A stretch of 64,000 bases of DNA, from NCBI RefSeq assembly GCF_964204645.1, contig NC_134033.1:7944655-8008654 (forward strand). The letters run 5' to 3'. The notes under the pieces were generated by a model, which saw only the letters and a list, made by a program, of their open reading frames with translations, ran no database searches and was not told the DNA's origin. The stretch is from Tubulanus polymorphus. Its lineage: Eukaryota > Animalia > Nemertea. A program made the position numbers and the translations under genes. Shown in pieces: positions 23,520 to 37,699 of the stretch. Within the stretch, counting starts at the first letter, position 1, and each line of letters opens with the position of its first letter.

Positions 23520-26265
23520 TCAAAATACGTTCAGTAAAAATGAGACACCATGTGTGGAGAGTTGTTTGTTAATACTTGGTTTTTTGGATTTTATGTATAA
23601 TGCCTCTTTGATGGTGATTTCAAAGTCATTTTTTCCAGAATCAACGATTGAAAAGTTGTTTTTTAAAGAAAAATTTGATGCACAATTTTTACATGATGTT
23701 AAATGTTCCTTAATTGCTGTAGGTAGGGATTTCAAGTGAAAATTTTCCAAACACTATAGAAACAATTTAAAGGGCCTAAATGAAAGAAGGGTTTAATATA
23801 AGATCATAGCAATTTACAGAACTAAAATCGGTTGCGCCGTTCAAAAGTTATGAAGGAATTTGTCGGCTGAAAATCGCACTTCTCAGCCATAGAGTCTTCA
23901 TTAGGAAATGAACTAAAGGTCATAAGGTCAAATGGTGACCAAATGATCAATTTCTTAGTTAAGAAACAATTGAAAGTAGAAAAGAAACTTGTATATCTTT
24001 GGGAATTGTCATCCGATTTCAATCAAACTTTGGGAAAAATCAGAATAATAGTTTCCCTATTGATAATAAAACTTAAACTAATAATTAGCTTAATTAATTG
24101 GCTCATTGCCAGATCCAGGTATTCATCAGCTAAAAGCAGAGGATAAATGTTTACTTATTTGTGTTACAACTTTACAGGGATAAATATATGCGACCATAAT
24201 TTGTCGCAGACCTCGCAACACATAGAAATTGGTTGCCATGGTAACCACTATAGCAACAATTGATTCTTGGGATCAATATGGTTGCCGGCGCTCGGAAAGT
24301 ATTTCAAACCCAAAAACGCATCATGATTGGCATCAAACTGACCGTATTTACCCCAGCTTCCTCTATTTAATCAGGATTCATGCATTCAGTTGATTGGTAA
24401 GAAAATATTAGAGATCGAATAAGAATTCTTGAATTTAAAATTTAGGCCAAGTTGCGTTAGGCCTATAGGATCTTCATAGCTGAAGAAGATCCAGAAGGAA
24501 CCTTTATGGTATATAAAGTACTCGAAGAAGGATTTATTACACTTTTACACTTTTATTATTTGCAGGTGACTCCAAGAAATATGGTGAAGTCAAATAAGCC
24601 GAACCCATGTTGAAAAAATCATTATGCAAAATGTAGAATTGTAGGCAAATCCCTTAAAGCTTAGGCCTACCACTGGCTGGAGGGAGTAATTTAAACTGCA
24701 ACCTTCTTATCTGAATAAGCTTCAATAGATAAGTTAATGGATTTGTGGATTGAGAATTTGATTGCTTGTAATTAATAAAATGCAGCAATTAGAAATTTTG
24801 TGGCGGCCCAAGTCCAAAGATGTTCATAAGAGTTTGGCCATTTCAATTGTAGCTTATAGTTGATTAGTAAAACATAAATAAATTCATTTCAGTTTAGTTT
24901 TTACATGGTCAGTTTTATTGGGGAGAGGCAGGGGGCTCATCTAGCTGCTTTTTCAGTGTGATTGATGAGCCGAGCGAGGAGGTAGGCCTAAAAGGCCTTC
25001 AGAATAACACACGGGATTTCTTTAGCTTCATCGGTTACATCAACCCCAAAGTTGCTCAAAATGAAATTATTATCATAAACTTCATTGATCCTGGGAGAAA
25101 ATGACTTAAAACAACTTAAAACTAGCGTAAACAGCTGATTTACACATGTAAACAAACGCTAACGCGAACCCGGAAGTGAATGAAAATGCCCGGATGTAGC
25201 AATTTTTTCGATACTTCCCAACTTTACAGCAATTTCCGGGGAAGACGGCTTAACGAATCAAACTAAAACCTTTTGCTATATACACTAAAACTACTATATT
25301 TTTACACCTGGGGGAGAACTAATTTCTAAATTTCATAATTTGATGAAATATATTGCATTTAAAACTTTATAGTGTCGAAAAATCGGTCAAATTGCCGGTA
25401 CAAACAAGTACGGCATACCTGGATGTCAATCAAGAACTTTTGAAAACACCTGTGAAGGTTTCGTGATCCCCAGTCCCGCCCCTTTTTTGCGAGATCGCCT
25501 AGAGGTTGGGCATCTCAAAACTGCATTTTTCGAAATCCGCGGTGAAGAGTACACGCGCACCTGTCAATCAACAATCTATAGTTGGCTGGAGTCCAACAGC
25601 TTGTAACTCGCGAACTACGCTGCGCATTAACATGGAATTTTCAACACAGTACAAGATGCTTATTATCTTCCCTCGAAAATTTAGTTCAAGTAAATCGGAT
25701 GACAATTACTGAATTTATCAAGTTCATAACTTTTGAAGTGGGAAAAAATGGCACTATGGCCGGTTTTGATCACGTGATCTGAAAACCCTACTGTAGGCCA
25801 AGTTCCATGCTCCTTTACCCTTGTGGCCAAATGTCGCATTGTTTTACCAATGTATGTGTTATTTGCATCACGCAAACATTTGAATTTAAAATTACATTGG
25901 CCAACAAGGGTGAAGGAGTATGGGACTTGAGTGAAAAGTAGTTCCTAATTTTGAAAGAAGTAAAGACAATACGAATATCCACGTTGTAATATTGTTTGAA
26001 TAGACTCTTGAGTTTTTTGCTAAATATAATTGAAGGGAGGCCTATGTAAGGAACGAAAAAAAGTGTTTCGACCTTATCTTCCCTGACCATACTAGCGGGA
26101 GTATCATCACTACATTTACTATTCAAAAATCTTCTAAGACATGAATTAAACAAATCTTGTGGGTAGCCATTTTTGTGGAAAACGTTTTTTAGGAAATCAA
26201 TTTCTTGTGAGAAAACAAACCAACTACTGCTTATGGTATATGCTCTATGGAGCTGACATTGGATT
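23520..26265 (-). mobile_element. Penelope-like retroelement 3' fragment (RT C-terminus and GIY-YIG), split by an insertion
   Basis: VPYIG; TYIGKTMRHLATRVKEHGTWPT joins AIKEHLTSC...IKEALYIKSKKPSINKQ after removing 23724-25797. Confidence 0.85.
23724..25790. mobile_element. Non-autonomous TIR element with TAGGG ends and 7-bp TSD
   Basis: TAGGG(A/T)TTTCA TIR; TSD CTGTAGG at 23717-23723 and 25791-25797. Confidence 0.8.
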
Positions 26266-26267
26266 AA

Positions 26268-26405
26268 CTGGTCGCTCCCTCAGCATTCGTATTAAAGAGC
26301 TTAAGAAAGATATTATTAATCAATAACCCCAAAGTGCTGTGGCTACCCACGTTTGGGATACCAATGGTCATCAATTTGATTTTGATAATTCTCGTATAAT
26401 TTTTC
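26268..26405 (+). mobile_element. Second Penelope GIY-YIG fragment (opposite strand)
   Basis: TGRSLSIRIKELKKD...SAVATHVWDTNGHQFDFDNSRII with one stop. Confidence 0.6.
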
Positions 26406-27449
26406 CGTCTCACAGTATTACCCGAGTCAGCTTTAATAAATTCCCATTCAAATTCCTTTCGAGCTTGTGATTGTGGGACTCATATTTCATAGCCAGTATT
26501 TGTCTTGTATTTTTTTGAGATTTTGTGGATGGATGGATTCTGACTTGTGAAATTGCGGTCAATTTAATACCACGTCGCTAATACATTTGTATATACCCGA
26601 GTCAGCAGTCAGTCGCGTGTGTGCGAATATAGGTTACAGTACTATATAGCTGCTGTGTGTGTTAGTGATCACCTGAGCGTAGTACAGTGATGATATTAGC
26701 GTATACACAGCGCTCTCATATATCCACAGGCGCTCACGTATTGTCAGCCTCATTCATCGTCAATTAAGACAAACTAATTGACAAATTGAGTAAATTAAAA
26801 TCTCTTGATGAAGAGCCTCTGCTTATTGGGCGAAGCTTTATGAAATCCATGTATTTTAGGCTAAAAAACTGCCCTCAGATTATTGGCCAAGTCGGCTTAA
26901 TCTATGGAAAATTCAGGTGGTTGTGTTGTCATGAACGCCTGTCTTGTACGCAGCCTCTCTTTTGGGTGGGTGCGAATTTAGAGAGGATGGTACTTATTTG
27001 ATTTTGCGGTGGACCTACTGCGAGCGCCGTAGGTGCAAAGCTTCTTTAGGGGGACAATTTTAAAATAGAAATGCATGTTCGTTCAAATTTTAGTGAATAC
27101 TTCTTATAAAAATGTCACTGAAAAAATGTCATTAGGTCTATTAATCCAACAACATACACTGGTGTCTCATCGTTTATGGAGACTTGCAAATTTTTTGATA
27201 ACAGTGTCTATATCTATATCATAGTTATATGTATGTGAGCAAGAAATTTTTTTTGACAAATAATAGTGAAACTCAAAATTTTATAGTGAGGGGGTACGTT
27301 CCCCTGGGTACAGGCCTGTATAGACTAAGTTTTGGCGTGACAGTTGTTGATGGTTAGCGCATTTGATTTAAAAAGTATTGATTTTCACTTTTCAAAGGTG
27401 ATAATAAGTCTTGATTTTGACCAAGGCCTGACAACTATGAACCCTGTAT

Positions 27450-27770
27450 TGGATTATGTACAATTTGCCTATTTATATTAATACCAACGAATATTTGTAA
27501 ACACAATCAATTGCAAAGTTGTAGCTTATGAAATCTTTTATGATGAAGTTGTATTTCAAGGTCATTGGTATATGGTCACCAGAGGGTGTGGAATAGCTGA
27601 ATAACTTAGTATTTTCACATAGTATTGGTTCCCAGGCATATTTTGTAACCACAATGAATTGCAAAATTATAGCTTGTGACATGTTTTATGATTGTGGTGT
27701 GTATCATAGTTACTGGATTTTTATATGGTCACAAGGGGGCGTTGAATAGCCAAATAACTTAGTATTGAGA
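27450..27770 (+). repeat. Orphan 153-bp HINE central repeat units
   Basis: Two degenerate TGGTCACCAGGGGGCG-type units at 27573 and 27726. Confidence 0.7.
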
Positions 27771-28814
27771 CATTATATTTCACTCTGTGTCCACGGTGCG
27801 CTGTTATCCTGATACAGGCTCGGTACAATTCTCCATGGATTTTTCTTGAACTTAGTGTGAGTCAGGTAAGATGTCCGCCCCCAGTGAAGATGGCCTCCAG
27901 GCCATCTTCAAAAATCTTGAATTTTTTGTTAGTGCAATACAGCAAAATACAATTTTTAAATGGAAAGCCCTTTAGCTTTCCAAGCGATGTCATCATCAAG
28001 AACATGGTATTGATTGTTCTGTCATGTGCTAGGGAGTCATAGGGAAAACCCATTACCATGTATATCATCAAAATTGAACATGCTAATCACACAGCGCACC
28101 ATCATTTCATCTGTAACAGCTGTCCTTTTCCCTTTATACGAATCATGAAATTGTAATAAATTCATTGTGAAAAGGAGACAAATAAAGAAATATCATTATT
28201 ATTTATACCTTATTGCAAATCTGAGAAAAAATCAATTTTTGTGCTCAAAAGTAAAATGTACTCAGTTGATCCTACTGGACCCATGGTCCTTTATCATCGA
28301 ATGCCATGTTTCTGATGAAATTAAACCCTTTCAATACAACATGGTGTCTCCGCTGCTGTACCGGATAGAATTTAGGGGTTTATAGGGGTATATTTGAGGA
28401 TGTTAGGGGTTTCATTAGGGTATGATTTCAGGCCTCAGAAAATTGTTACCTATGTATTTGACACTGACATATTATATACCATGGTGTTGAAAACCTTTGG
28501 GCTTACAACTAAGACAAATAATTTGGATATATGTGACCTTGAGGATGGACAGTTTCTGGTTATTCATTATTGTTCTTAGTGTCCGTTGCCATGACAACCG
28601 GATCAACGGGTATAAAAAATTGTCACAGATTTCATTTTCATCATCAAAATCATTGCCGGCACTAAACTATTTTCTGACTAAGTCTCATCATCTGAACTGC
28701 ACTGTCATATTCGTTGTCACTCTCAATTTGTTCACTACCAAATTCCAAGTCACCAGCATCGTATCTGTCAGCATCATAGACGAGCTGCTGAACTGTTTCA
28801 TCCAGCCAAATTGT

Positions 28815-29562
28815 TTTTTATCTCGGGCGAAGCCCGATATGTTGTAATGGGTCCAAAAATCGAATTTTTGCTTACAAATGAGGTTATAACTTTGACACGA
28901 TGTCATACAATCTACTATGTTTATGTGCAAAATGTAGCTTCATCATGCGGCTAAACTCTGTTGGAAATGGAATTTTGGATATCGCGTTCATTTAAGAGAA
29001 AGCGACGAATTTGTGGCGATTTTTAAAGAAATTTCAAGGAGCATTTTGTTTCATAAAAGGCTAGAAGGCTGATATACAACGTTACATTGAAGTAAAATAA
29101 CTGCTCCCTGCGGTTGGCTGAGCTCCCTCTGTCAATCAGTGTAAGGGCATATTCGATTGACGCAGACAAACCGGTCTATTAATCTTCTCATGTATTAATC
29201 TGTTCGGTTTAGTTTCTCATTTTCCAGTCATGGGAGCGTCTTATATGTTTCTTTTTAATTTGATAGCCATAGTATCGATTCCGTGTCCCCATATCTATTT
29301 CATTATGCAAATAAACGAAGATTCAATCGATACGCTACTTCACGGAAGATTATGCGTGCACAATCGAATAGGCCCAAACCTTGTGTATTGCCGCGATGAT
29401 TGCTGATTAGATTTCGATGATGTTGTTCACCGAAATCAGCAGATTTTACACATCCATGAAGTGTTCAATGAAAACCTCAAAGATGCATCAATCCGATGGC
29501 GCCTATACATTACAAAGATAACATTCTGCGCCCGAGATATTAAGATCCGTGGATCTCTTGTT
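28815..29562 (+). mobile_element. HINE-like element, family G
   Basis: subTIRs TATCTCGGGC / GCCCGAGATA, 5' stem-loop TCGGGCGAAGCCCGA, 3' hairpin AGATCCGTGGATCT then CTTGTT. Confidence 0.7.
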
Positions 29563-29840
29563 CCTGGCTGTTGCCATCTTGGATTTTATGCAGATGGCAG
29601 CACCGGCTGATACTGATAGATATGCCCTGCGATACCGTATCACATACGGTACGGGTATGCTAGCTTGCCAATTTGTACCGTATGCCATCCGATATTGGTA
29701 TTGTAAGGTTAAGCAAATTCGCCGTGTCAACATATTGGAACCTGTAAAAAAATGGCAATTGGTCACGAAAATCATTTGGAATTGCTTCCAACGCACCTGT
29801 TTTATAGTTAGAAGATAAACTACCAGTAATTATTTTGCAG

Positions 29841-29982
29841 TGATAACTTTGCGGCTGCTTGGATGAACCTCGGTATCGTACAATCAACGCTTAAGAAATA
29901 TGAACAATCAGAACGAAGCTATTTCAACGCCATAAAACATCGCAGAAACTATCCTGATTGTTACTTCAACCTGGGAAATCTT
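29841..29982 (+). CDS. TMTC4: TMTC4-like exon 9 in window (TPR)
   Basis: ttgcag|T...CTT|gtaag; DNFAAAWMNLGIVQSTLKKYEQSERSYFNAIKHRRNYPDCYFNLGNL, closely matching TMTC4 FAAAWMNLGIVQ...IKHRRKYPDCY. Confidence 0.95.
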
Positions 29983-30265
29983 GTAAGTGAAACTTGAAAC
30001 TCGGTTCCACAGTAAGTTGCGATAGTTCAGATCGATTGTCGATTTAATTGATTTTGGGCAAATTCCACAGTTGTGCACGTTAAATTTCACTCGCTTCAGT
30101 TCTAGTGCGGGTTAATTTGATACTTGATTCAGTCCCACAGTGGTGTGGGTGCTATTTGACTATGAAATCAGTTCAGCAGTTGTTAGTGGTTTTAATTTTA
30201 GTGTTGATCCAGTTTCACAATTGTGTGGTTTAAGTAATCATCTTTGCAGTTTTTTGCATTCACAG

Positions 30266-30380
30266 TATTTGGAAACAAAGCAACATACAAAGGCCTTATT
30301 TGCTTGGCGTAACTCAACCCGGTTGAAACCAACTCATGTCAGCGCCTGGAGCAATATGATCATTTTACTTGATAATATTG
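30266..30380 (+). CDS. TMTC4: TMTC4-like exon 10 in window (TPR)
   Basis: cacag|TAT...G|gtaag; YLETKQHTKALFAWRNSTRLKPTHVSAWSNMIILLDNI; ends phase 1. Confidence 0.94.
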
Positions 30381-30428
30381 GTAAGTATTTTCAATAATTT
30401 CTATTGAAAGATGGTAAATATACATTAA

Positions 30429-30686
30429 AGGGTAACTGACACTTTTTTAAAGATTTTCTACTTTTTACACTAAACGATATATTATAGTATACAATAAGGC
30501 TAGGTGATTTCATAATTGGAAAAATCTTTTCAATCTAGTCAGAATTGATGATTTTGATGTTCGCAAATTGCAAAATCACAAATTGCACGTAAACTAAACA
30601 TTTTGGAACAGAACGGTTGAAGATGAGTGTATAGATCAATAGAATACATCATATTTTGAAATTTAAAAAAAAGTGTCAGTTACCCT
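30429..30686. mobile_element. Kolobok-like MITE
   Basis: 20-bp TIR AGGGTAACTGACACTTTTTT; TTAA TSD. Confidence 0.85.
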
Positions 30687-30829
30687 TTAAGTAATGCTAT
30701 TTATATCTGGGTGTGTTGTTCTACCATCTGATGTATAAATGAATCATAGGGTGTTTCATTTTTTGCCCCTCTTCGTCAGCCACAAGGGGTATTGTCATCG
30801 TCTCTGACTTGTATCAACAGTATACCGAG

Positions 30830-33800
30830 TTTGGATCACTTACTATACAAATTGAGCAAATTCATATGACATGGTTTCCAGATGAAAGGCTTTTTTCACT
30901 GTGCAACTAAGCATATATTCATACAAATCATGCATTCAAGCGTCATCCATTCTCCAATTCCTAGGGAGCTAAATTTTGAAAAGTGCCTAGTTAAAAATTC
31001 ATAGGAGGTTTTTTGCAAAAATCTAAATGCAGAAATATCAGTTTTAAAAGACCAACCAGAAACCAAAGCCTCCTCTAAGATTGGCTTAGCCACAGAAATC
31101 TGCTGGTGTTCTGTGAAATCTCTAGTTGATTTGGTTTTTGATGGGTTTCGTCGTCAGCCGAACCCATCTATCCACCCGAATGCCATCTGTCTGTCTGTCC
31201 GTCTGTCTGTGGATGTTTCTTTATGACACGATTTAAGCTGTTTTTGTGGACCGATAATTCTGTAAATTGGCACATTTATTCTGTACTTGATGTAGATGGG
31301 GAAGCTTGGTTAATATTTGATTCTGATGTTTATAAGTGCCCAAATCTGGTTTTAAAATAATCAACGGTACTCGTTAGTTCAAGCTGCTGTAGTGCGTTAC
31401 TACGGCGACGCTCAATACACTCGCTGTGTGTATGTAACACAGAACATGTTTGTACATGGAGATATTGATCATACAGCACCTGGCGCTGATCTAGTATTAA
31501 CGCCTCGTGCGCGGTATTCAGCGCTAATACCGAGAGACTCGGGAATGTTTCGGACACAACTACGCAGTGAACTATAGAACTTTCGGAATTTGGATAAGGC
31601 CGGATCATTCTTTGCAGTTTCAGACGGTCGCTACTCTTTACCGCAAAAACCAGCGTAGATTAACTGGCCAGCTGAGATTTCCGCCCGATTATATCACTCG
31701 AATTTACTGAGTACGGGAGCTTCAATCACAGTCACAAAGAAATATTGATGATAAGTCCAAGTTTAATTATATATTCCACAAAACAAACGAGGCATTTGAT
31801 GAATAGAGTTTATTTTGTTTGAAAAAAAACATCATTTAAACACCGAAATATCAGCGCACCAGGTAGCGCGCATCCACTATTTTTCGCAGTGATAACATCA
31901 CACGCAGTATACGGCCAAGATCCGTGTTTGGAGCAACGCTGAGGACTAATCTTAAGTAATTGAAGATGGCAGTAAGTGTCATCAATTGAACTCGTCATTT
32001 TTATGCCCTCATGTTAGCAATCGTTGGAGCCAGGCTATCTTGTATTTAGTTTGCAACACTGATGATTTTGATATTGTTAATACTTAGTGCACGGTGCGAG
32101 TCGATTGCATTGTCAGCAATAAGGCGTTAACCGTTAACCATTTATGTATCAATTACCTGTAGTAATAGATAACGCTTCCAAAGGACCAGATTAGTGTTTT
32201 TACCGCGTGCACACAGACATGCATCAACAGACCCACATCTTAATTGTCGAATGAATGGTCATGCAAAGACATGGTGTCTTATTTAAAAACGATTTAAGCT
32301 TGGGCATTAATTGCTTTTCTATTAAAAGATATCCTATGAATGAAACTATTGTAAGCCACATTCAGTTGATGAACTTGATTTCAACAGTAACCGGCCGGCC
32401 TGGTTTTATATGTACTGTTCTAAAAAACTTATATAGCAGCTTCTGATTTTGTTTGTCCCGAGTAGTTAGTGCTAAAGTTTTAGTTGTTTTATGTCATTGT
32501 CAAGTCCAAAATGCCCATAATTAATCTTGCGTAACTGTCGTTCTACCGCTGGTGAATATTGTTTTCCGGTTCCACTTGGTCAATCGTAAGACTAGCTACA
32601 GGCCCTCAGCTAGCAGTTGGCCTTAAGGTACAGTCTCTGAACAGCTTCTAAACACTCGTGTTAAATCATGGATGTGAAGCTTCTCCCCCATGGACTGCAT
32701 GGTCATTGGCCTATGTCATGGGTTCTTGGCAATAGTGCCGAGAGCAGACTGTATCCAGTGGTCATGGTAAGTATACTTTCTGATGTTTTACCTTGATAGT
32801 ATGGATTACACATGCACCACATCAACACAGTTATTTCCATTAACTTTTCAAGTTCTAAGTCAATACTGAAACCCATCATGGAATGTTACTTTCTGGTTTG
32901 GAAGGAATCTTCATATGCACTAGCCTAAAGAAAATTCATCCTTCACAATTTGCGCCATGTTTGGGAAAAATAGCTTTGGATGGATTACCTTGATATGCTT
33001 TTGGCCATGTGCTCGAACTGCAAATTCAATCACATTTTATTCTGCAAAAAAATATCAAATCCAATTCAATTGCCGCTCACGGACAATTAAAACAGGAAAA
33101 AGGACGAGTTAAACGACAATGACTAAATTTCTGTTGACTACGAGAAGACTGTTTTTAATGGCTGACTGGAAAACAAGTACATATACTATATAACGAGTAC
33201 AAAATACGCATGCGTAGAGCTGAAGCCTGTCGGGAAAACTAATAAAACGAAAACTGACACCCGAAATATCTGAAATATTCCCGACACACTCCAGTCCCAC
33301 GATGTTACAACACAACAACGGTTTTTATGACAGTTCTTTTGAATTCGACTGAATCTTAATTAGTTCATTAGCCTTGATGGTTGCAGCACGCTGAAGTCTG
33401 AGTGGAACGTCACTCAGTTGTTTGGTGTCGTTGATTAACGAGTTAATGTCCTGACACGCAATTTCTAACGGAACCAGTTTCGAAATTGGTATAGCCTTGG
33501 TTGGTTCTTATACACGTACGATTCCGTTTGTTCCAGGATGTAAGCGCGCTAAAACGGCTAGTTTCCACGATAACAATGGGTGTTGTCTGCGTGTACGAGC
33601 ACTACATCGTCAACCTAACCTTACATAACAACTCTGAGAAAGAGGCATTCCCGGCCTGACCATGCCTCTCACGAAGAGCAGGAAGATATTCCTCGAAAAA
33701 ACGACGCTTAAAGTGATTGAACAAATAGGCTCTTTTTTTCGCCCTGTTGACGTCTGATCGTTGAATGTAGTCGGGATTGTGTAAGTCGTCGATATCAACT

Positions 33801-34841
33801 AATTTGTATGGTACGCCGTTAATTTGACGACCTATAATAATTGCGATGGCGTTAACGGTTGCGGATCTGACATTCCATTGCATAAGGCGGTAATCGGACG
33901 GTCGTTCAATGGGGACTCTATTTCGGTGACTACGGTTTGTAATTCGGTAAACTCTAGTTTTGCTCGCCTTAACATTTTCTTCAATGCACGTTTCACTAAA
34001 CCAACCAATCGTTCAAAGAATCCACCGAACCATGGGCCTCGACAAGGCCCGCATTTCCATTCGCATCCTTTCAACGCAAGTTGTTTCTCCAAGTGAAGAG
34101 AGGAGAATAACTTAATTAACTGTTTCTCTGCTGCTTTAAACGTTGCAGCAATATCGGATATGCAACAGGTAGGAACAGAACGATGGCTGCAAAATCTACG
34201 GAACGCTAGCATGAAAGTCGGTAATGATAAATCTACGACAAGTTCTAAGTGAATACACCGGGTTACCGCACAAGTGAATAACAAAATATACGACTTTGAC
34301 ACAGTAGACAGATTTAAAGTTAGACAGAAATTCGAATGGCCCAGCGTAATCGAGACCGGTTATCGCAAACAGCACTGCATCTTCACTCTCTCTGGTGGTA
34401 GAGGAGGAGATATTGGATACGCATACGGTTTACCCTGGCGTTCTCTACAAGTCTTACAACTGGATAATAGTTTAGCAGTAAGCCTACGCAATCGAGGAAC
34501 CCAGTAACATTGACGAACATTAGTTATCGTAGCTGAAACTCCCTCGTGATGTATATTCCTGATTTAAATTCAAAAGTTCTCCAGAACATGCGGAAATTAG
34601 ATTTTCAACTTCGGTAATCGTTTTTGTAACTATGGCTCATTGTCCACTCTGCTTATTACGTGACATAATATTAGTTAACTTAAACGACGGCTCGGTCTGT
34701 GCTACTTATGAAAAATTGATTGTACTGAGTAAATTATAGGTATTGAGTGGGGTATTTTGACAAATATTACCCATGGAATGGATCATTTGCCATCTATGAA
34801 AAGCTGACAGGCTGGCCATAATGCCCCTTGGGGCTCTTGTT
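30830..34841 (+). mobile_element. Family B HINE with nested family D HINE (31135-32899) and BEL fragment
   Basis: Segments collinear with 46182-47219; ends GGCTGGCC...GCCCCTTGGGGCTCTTGTT. Confidence 0.65.
33071..34570 (-). mobile_element. BEL/Pao LTR retrotransposon 3' fragment (integrase, possible PPT and LTR at 33071-33286)
   Basis: HHEGVSATITNVRQCYWVPR..CKTC zinc-binding motif; YILLFTCAVTRCIHLELV, FMLAFRRF, PWFGGFFERLVGLVK; frameshifted. Confidence 0.88.
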
Positions 34842-35033
34842 GTATTATGTAGGTCTTCCAACATGGCCACCAATCCCATATATGTATGTGAAATGTATTT
34901 TGGACCTTGTTCCCGCTCTACAGTCTACAGATTTTGACTGATTTTCTTATAACTTAGTGGGTTTCGGATAATATAGGAGAAAGATATGGCTTGTTGTTTC
35001 TTATGTAAGTTACTTTGCGTATTTATTTTTTAG

Positions 35034-35213
35034 AACAGTATACCGAGGCAGAACGGATTGCGCATAAAGCACTGGAGTATGTACCGAAAGAATCTCAGAT
35101 TTACTATAACATCGCTAATGTCCTCGGGAAACAGTCAAAATACGTCGAAAGTGAAAAATTCTTCAATATCGCCATCAAAATCAATCCGAAGCCTGTCTAT
35201 TTCCTAAATCTTG
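35034..35213 (+). CDS. TMTC4: TMTC4-like exon 11 in window (TPR)
   Basis: tttttag|AA...G|gtaag; EQYTEAERIAHKALEYVPKESQIYYNIANVLGKQSKYVESEKFF...FLNL; phase 1 to 1. Confidence 0.93.
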
Positions 35214-35400
35214 GTAAGTTATCAAACATTTTTGACCCCTTCCGCATGTCTGTTAACTGAATTGCATTAATCCTTTCATAATGAGTATTATCTGTGAACC
35301 TATGTAATACTGATGACTCACTCCCAGTAGCCCATCAGTGAACCCATTTTAAGAAAATTAGAAAATATACTAGCTATTGAGATCATCCATTTAAGTGTAC

Positions 35401-35660
35401 TTTTTTGCCCACTTGGGACTTTAGTCCAAGCGGGCTATTGTGTTCCCTTTTTGTCCGTCGTCCGTCATAGCATTAGTCTGTCCGTAGACGGAATCCAGTT
35501 ATTTTGGGAAGTTTTGAAGACGCTGCAATGTAATGTCTTGATATTTGCTTTATACATGTATCTAATCTAGACACATCTTCAGCCCAAAAACTGGCCGGGT
35601 CAAATTCAAGATGGCCGACTGGCAGCCATTTTTGTTCGCCAAAATCAGCACTTTTTAGGA
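35401..35660 (+). mobile_element. Family A HINE, 5' fragment
   Basis: GCCCACTTGGGACTTTAGTCC start and CCGT repeats. Confidence 0.8.
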
Positions 35661-37699
35661 CAACAGTACGTAGTACACGTTGTCCTATTGTTATCGTGGA
35701 ATCCGTCACGTCAAATGCTTTTCGTCTGAAACTTTCACAGTCGCTTGAATATGAAACACAGAAGGTTGAGTTCGTATATGATGAATTTTCGTTACTTGGT
35801 TAATTGAATATTGCCTAAATGAAAAATTGAGTCTCTAAAGTAGCGCCACCCCTGTCCAGAAGTAAAACTCTATCAGTATGAGCTTAAAATAGTGCCACGC
35901 ATACATTTTTTGAATAGCACATTACATAGGCCTATTTTCTGATTTAGTTGTTGATTTCCGTGTATAGAAATCGGGAAATTTATTTTGTCGTTTATTGCCA
36001 GAAAGTTCGGTATTTTCTTGGTGTGTGTGTCAGCGGATTAATTGAATGTTTACACATGGGTAATATGGACTCAGCGAGTACACGTGCTACGTCGATTCAA
36101 CATTAGCTGCTGTGTTGAATCGATACTCAGCGTTCACATGCGGTGTAAAAGTCTAGTACATGCACAGTATAGTTTTTACAGATCGCAGTACGTCGAGCAA
36201 CGCTGAAAACTTTCTTACTATTACTATTACTAAGTAAAATGATTAATCTTCAATAATTCTTTTGGACTTTTGCGTCAGCGATCTATTTTTAGAGCCCGAT
36301 TATGTGTATTTAGTCTGCGGCACAGTGATGAGAGCGCGCGTCGATAACATTATTGAAACTTAACTTTTGAAGACTATTGATGAAGCCTAAATTGGGTAAA
36401 TTGTCAATGTTATGTCATTTTTGGGGATTTTTAGCGATGTAGTATGACGTCATCTTGATCTACTAACGTAAACACATGAGCATAATTGTACATCATTTGC
36501 TGTCGAATCTACAAGTAGGCTTTTTATATATCAGTGATACAACATATAAAATTCTTCAATGAGAAAACCACAAAAGAAGAAATAAAATTGACAAGGTTTT
36601 TTGGTTTACCTATGTTATGGCTGTTGGTTGGCAGTCTGCCAAAAGTATGTTAAATCGCGGCACAAAATTTAGTGGTAATACTTACAGGGTTGTCTTTTAT
36701 CGTGAATCAAGTAGAATTGTACGCGGACGTCAGGCCGGAAAGCTTCGAACAGATGATGCAATATTTTTCGTGAAAAACGCGAAAAACATCGAAAATTTTT
36801 CGCTTTCTATAAGTTACTTGTGTTGACCTATATTTGAGTTTCCGGCGTGAATACGGGAAATTCTCGGAATTTCTGCGAATTTCGGCACCTCTGACGTAAT
36901 TTTGGGAGTCACAAAATGGCGAACAATTCATTTTATATTTGTGCCGAGCTTAGTTCGCTGTTAGTTTGTTCAGTTGTGAGGATTATTATAGAGTCGGCTA
37001 TCTAATTTAGTATCTCAAACTTAGTAAGTGTGGCAATTTCTATAGTCCTAGCCCGGCTTTGTCTTGTCATTGTCTTATTTTGACCGACTCGTACAAAATA
37101 CATTCTTTGTTTGAAAGAGTAATAGACGATGGCGCCAGTCCGTGAGCCGTTGTTTTTGGAGAGAGGCAGTCGACAAATGTTTGGCATCGTTTTTATTGAA
37201 ATGAGAGTTAATTGGTTCCACACAGTTGTGTGCGCTTTTTCATTTGCTATTGCCGTAGGCTAATTAGTGTGTTTGCCGATGTTTTTGCGGTATATTGGCA
37301 TTCTTCGCGTAACCAGGGCTGCCAACCTTGTCCTTACGCAGATAGGGACAGAAGGATATCTTAGGAGGAACTTTGGGGGTTCAAATAGGAACCTACTAAA
37401 ATGAAGCAATTTCTCAGTTTTGCTTAATAGGAACAAAATAACTATAAATAGGAACGATTTAATCTAATCAATTTTTATTGAACAAAAACACCTACGTTTC
37501 AAAATTTCTTTTTTGAAACTTAATCATGCAAAATATCAACGAAGTGTATCATACATAAGATCACCATAATATTCTCAATTTATCAAAACTATCTAACTAC
37601 AATGAGAACCAACTTAAGCAAAATAAACTTGATATTTCTCGAATATGTAGCTTTAAGAAAACAATAGAGGAAATGGAATAATAATAATCAGATCATGCT

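Larger units (their letters stand above)
23375..27446. mobile_element. Second CAGGGTT-ended element, carrying nested Penelope and TIR insertions
   Basis: Same termini as 8695-12633; 26487-27446 is collinear with 8752-8775 plus 11695-12633. Confidence 0.65.
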
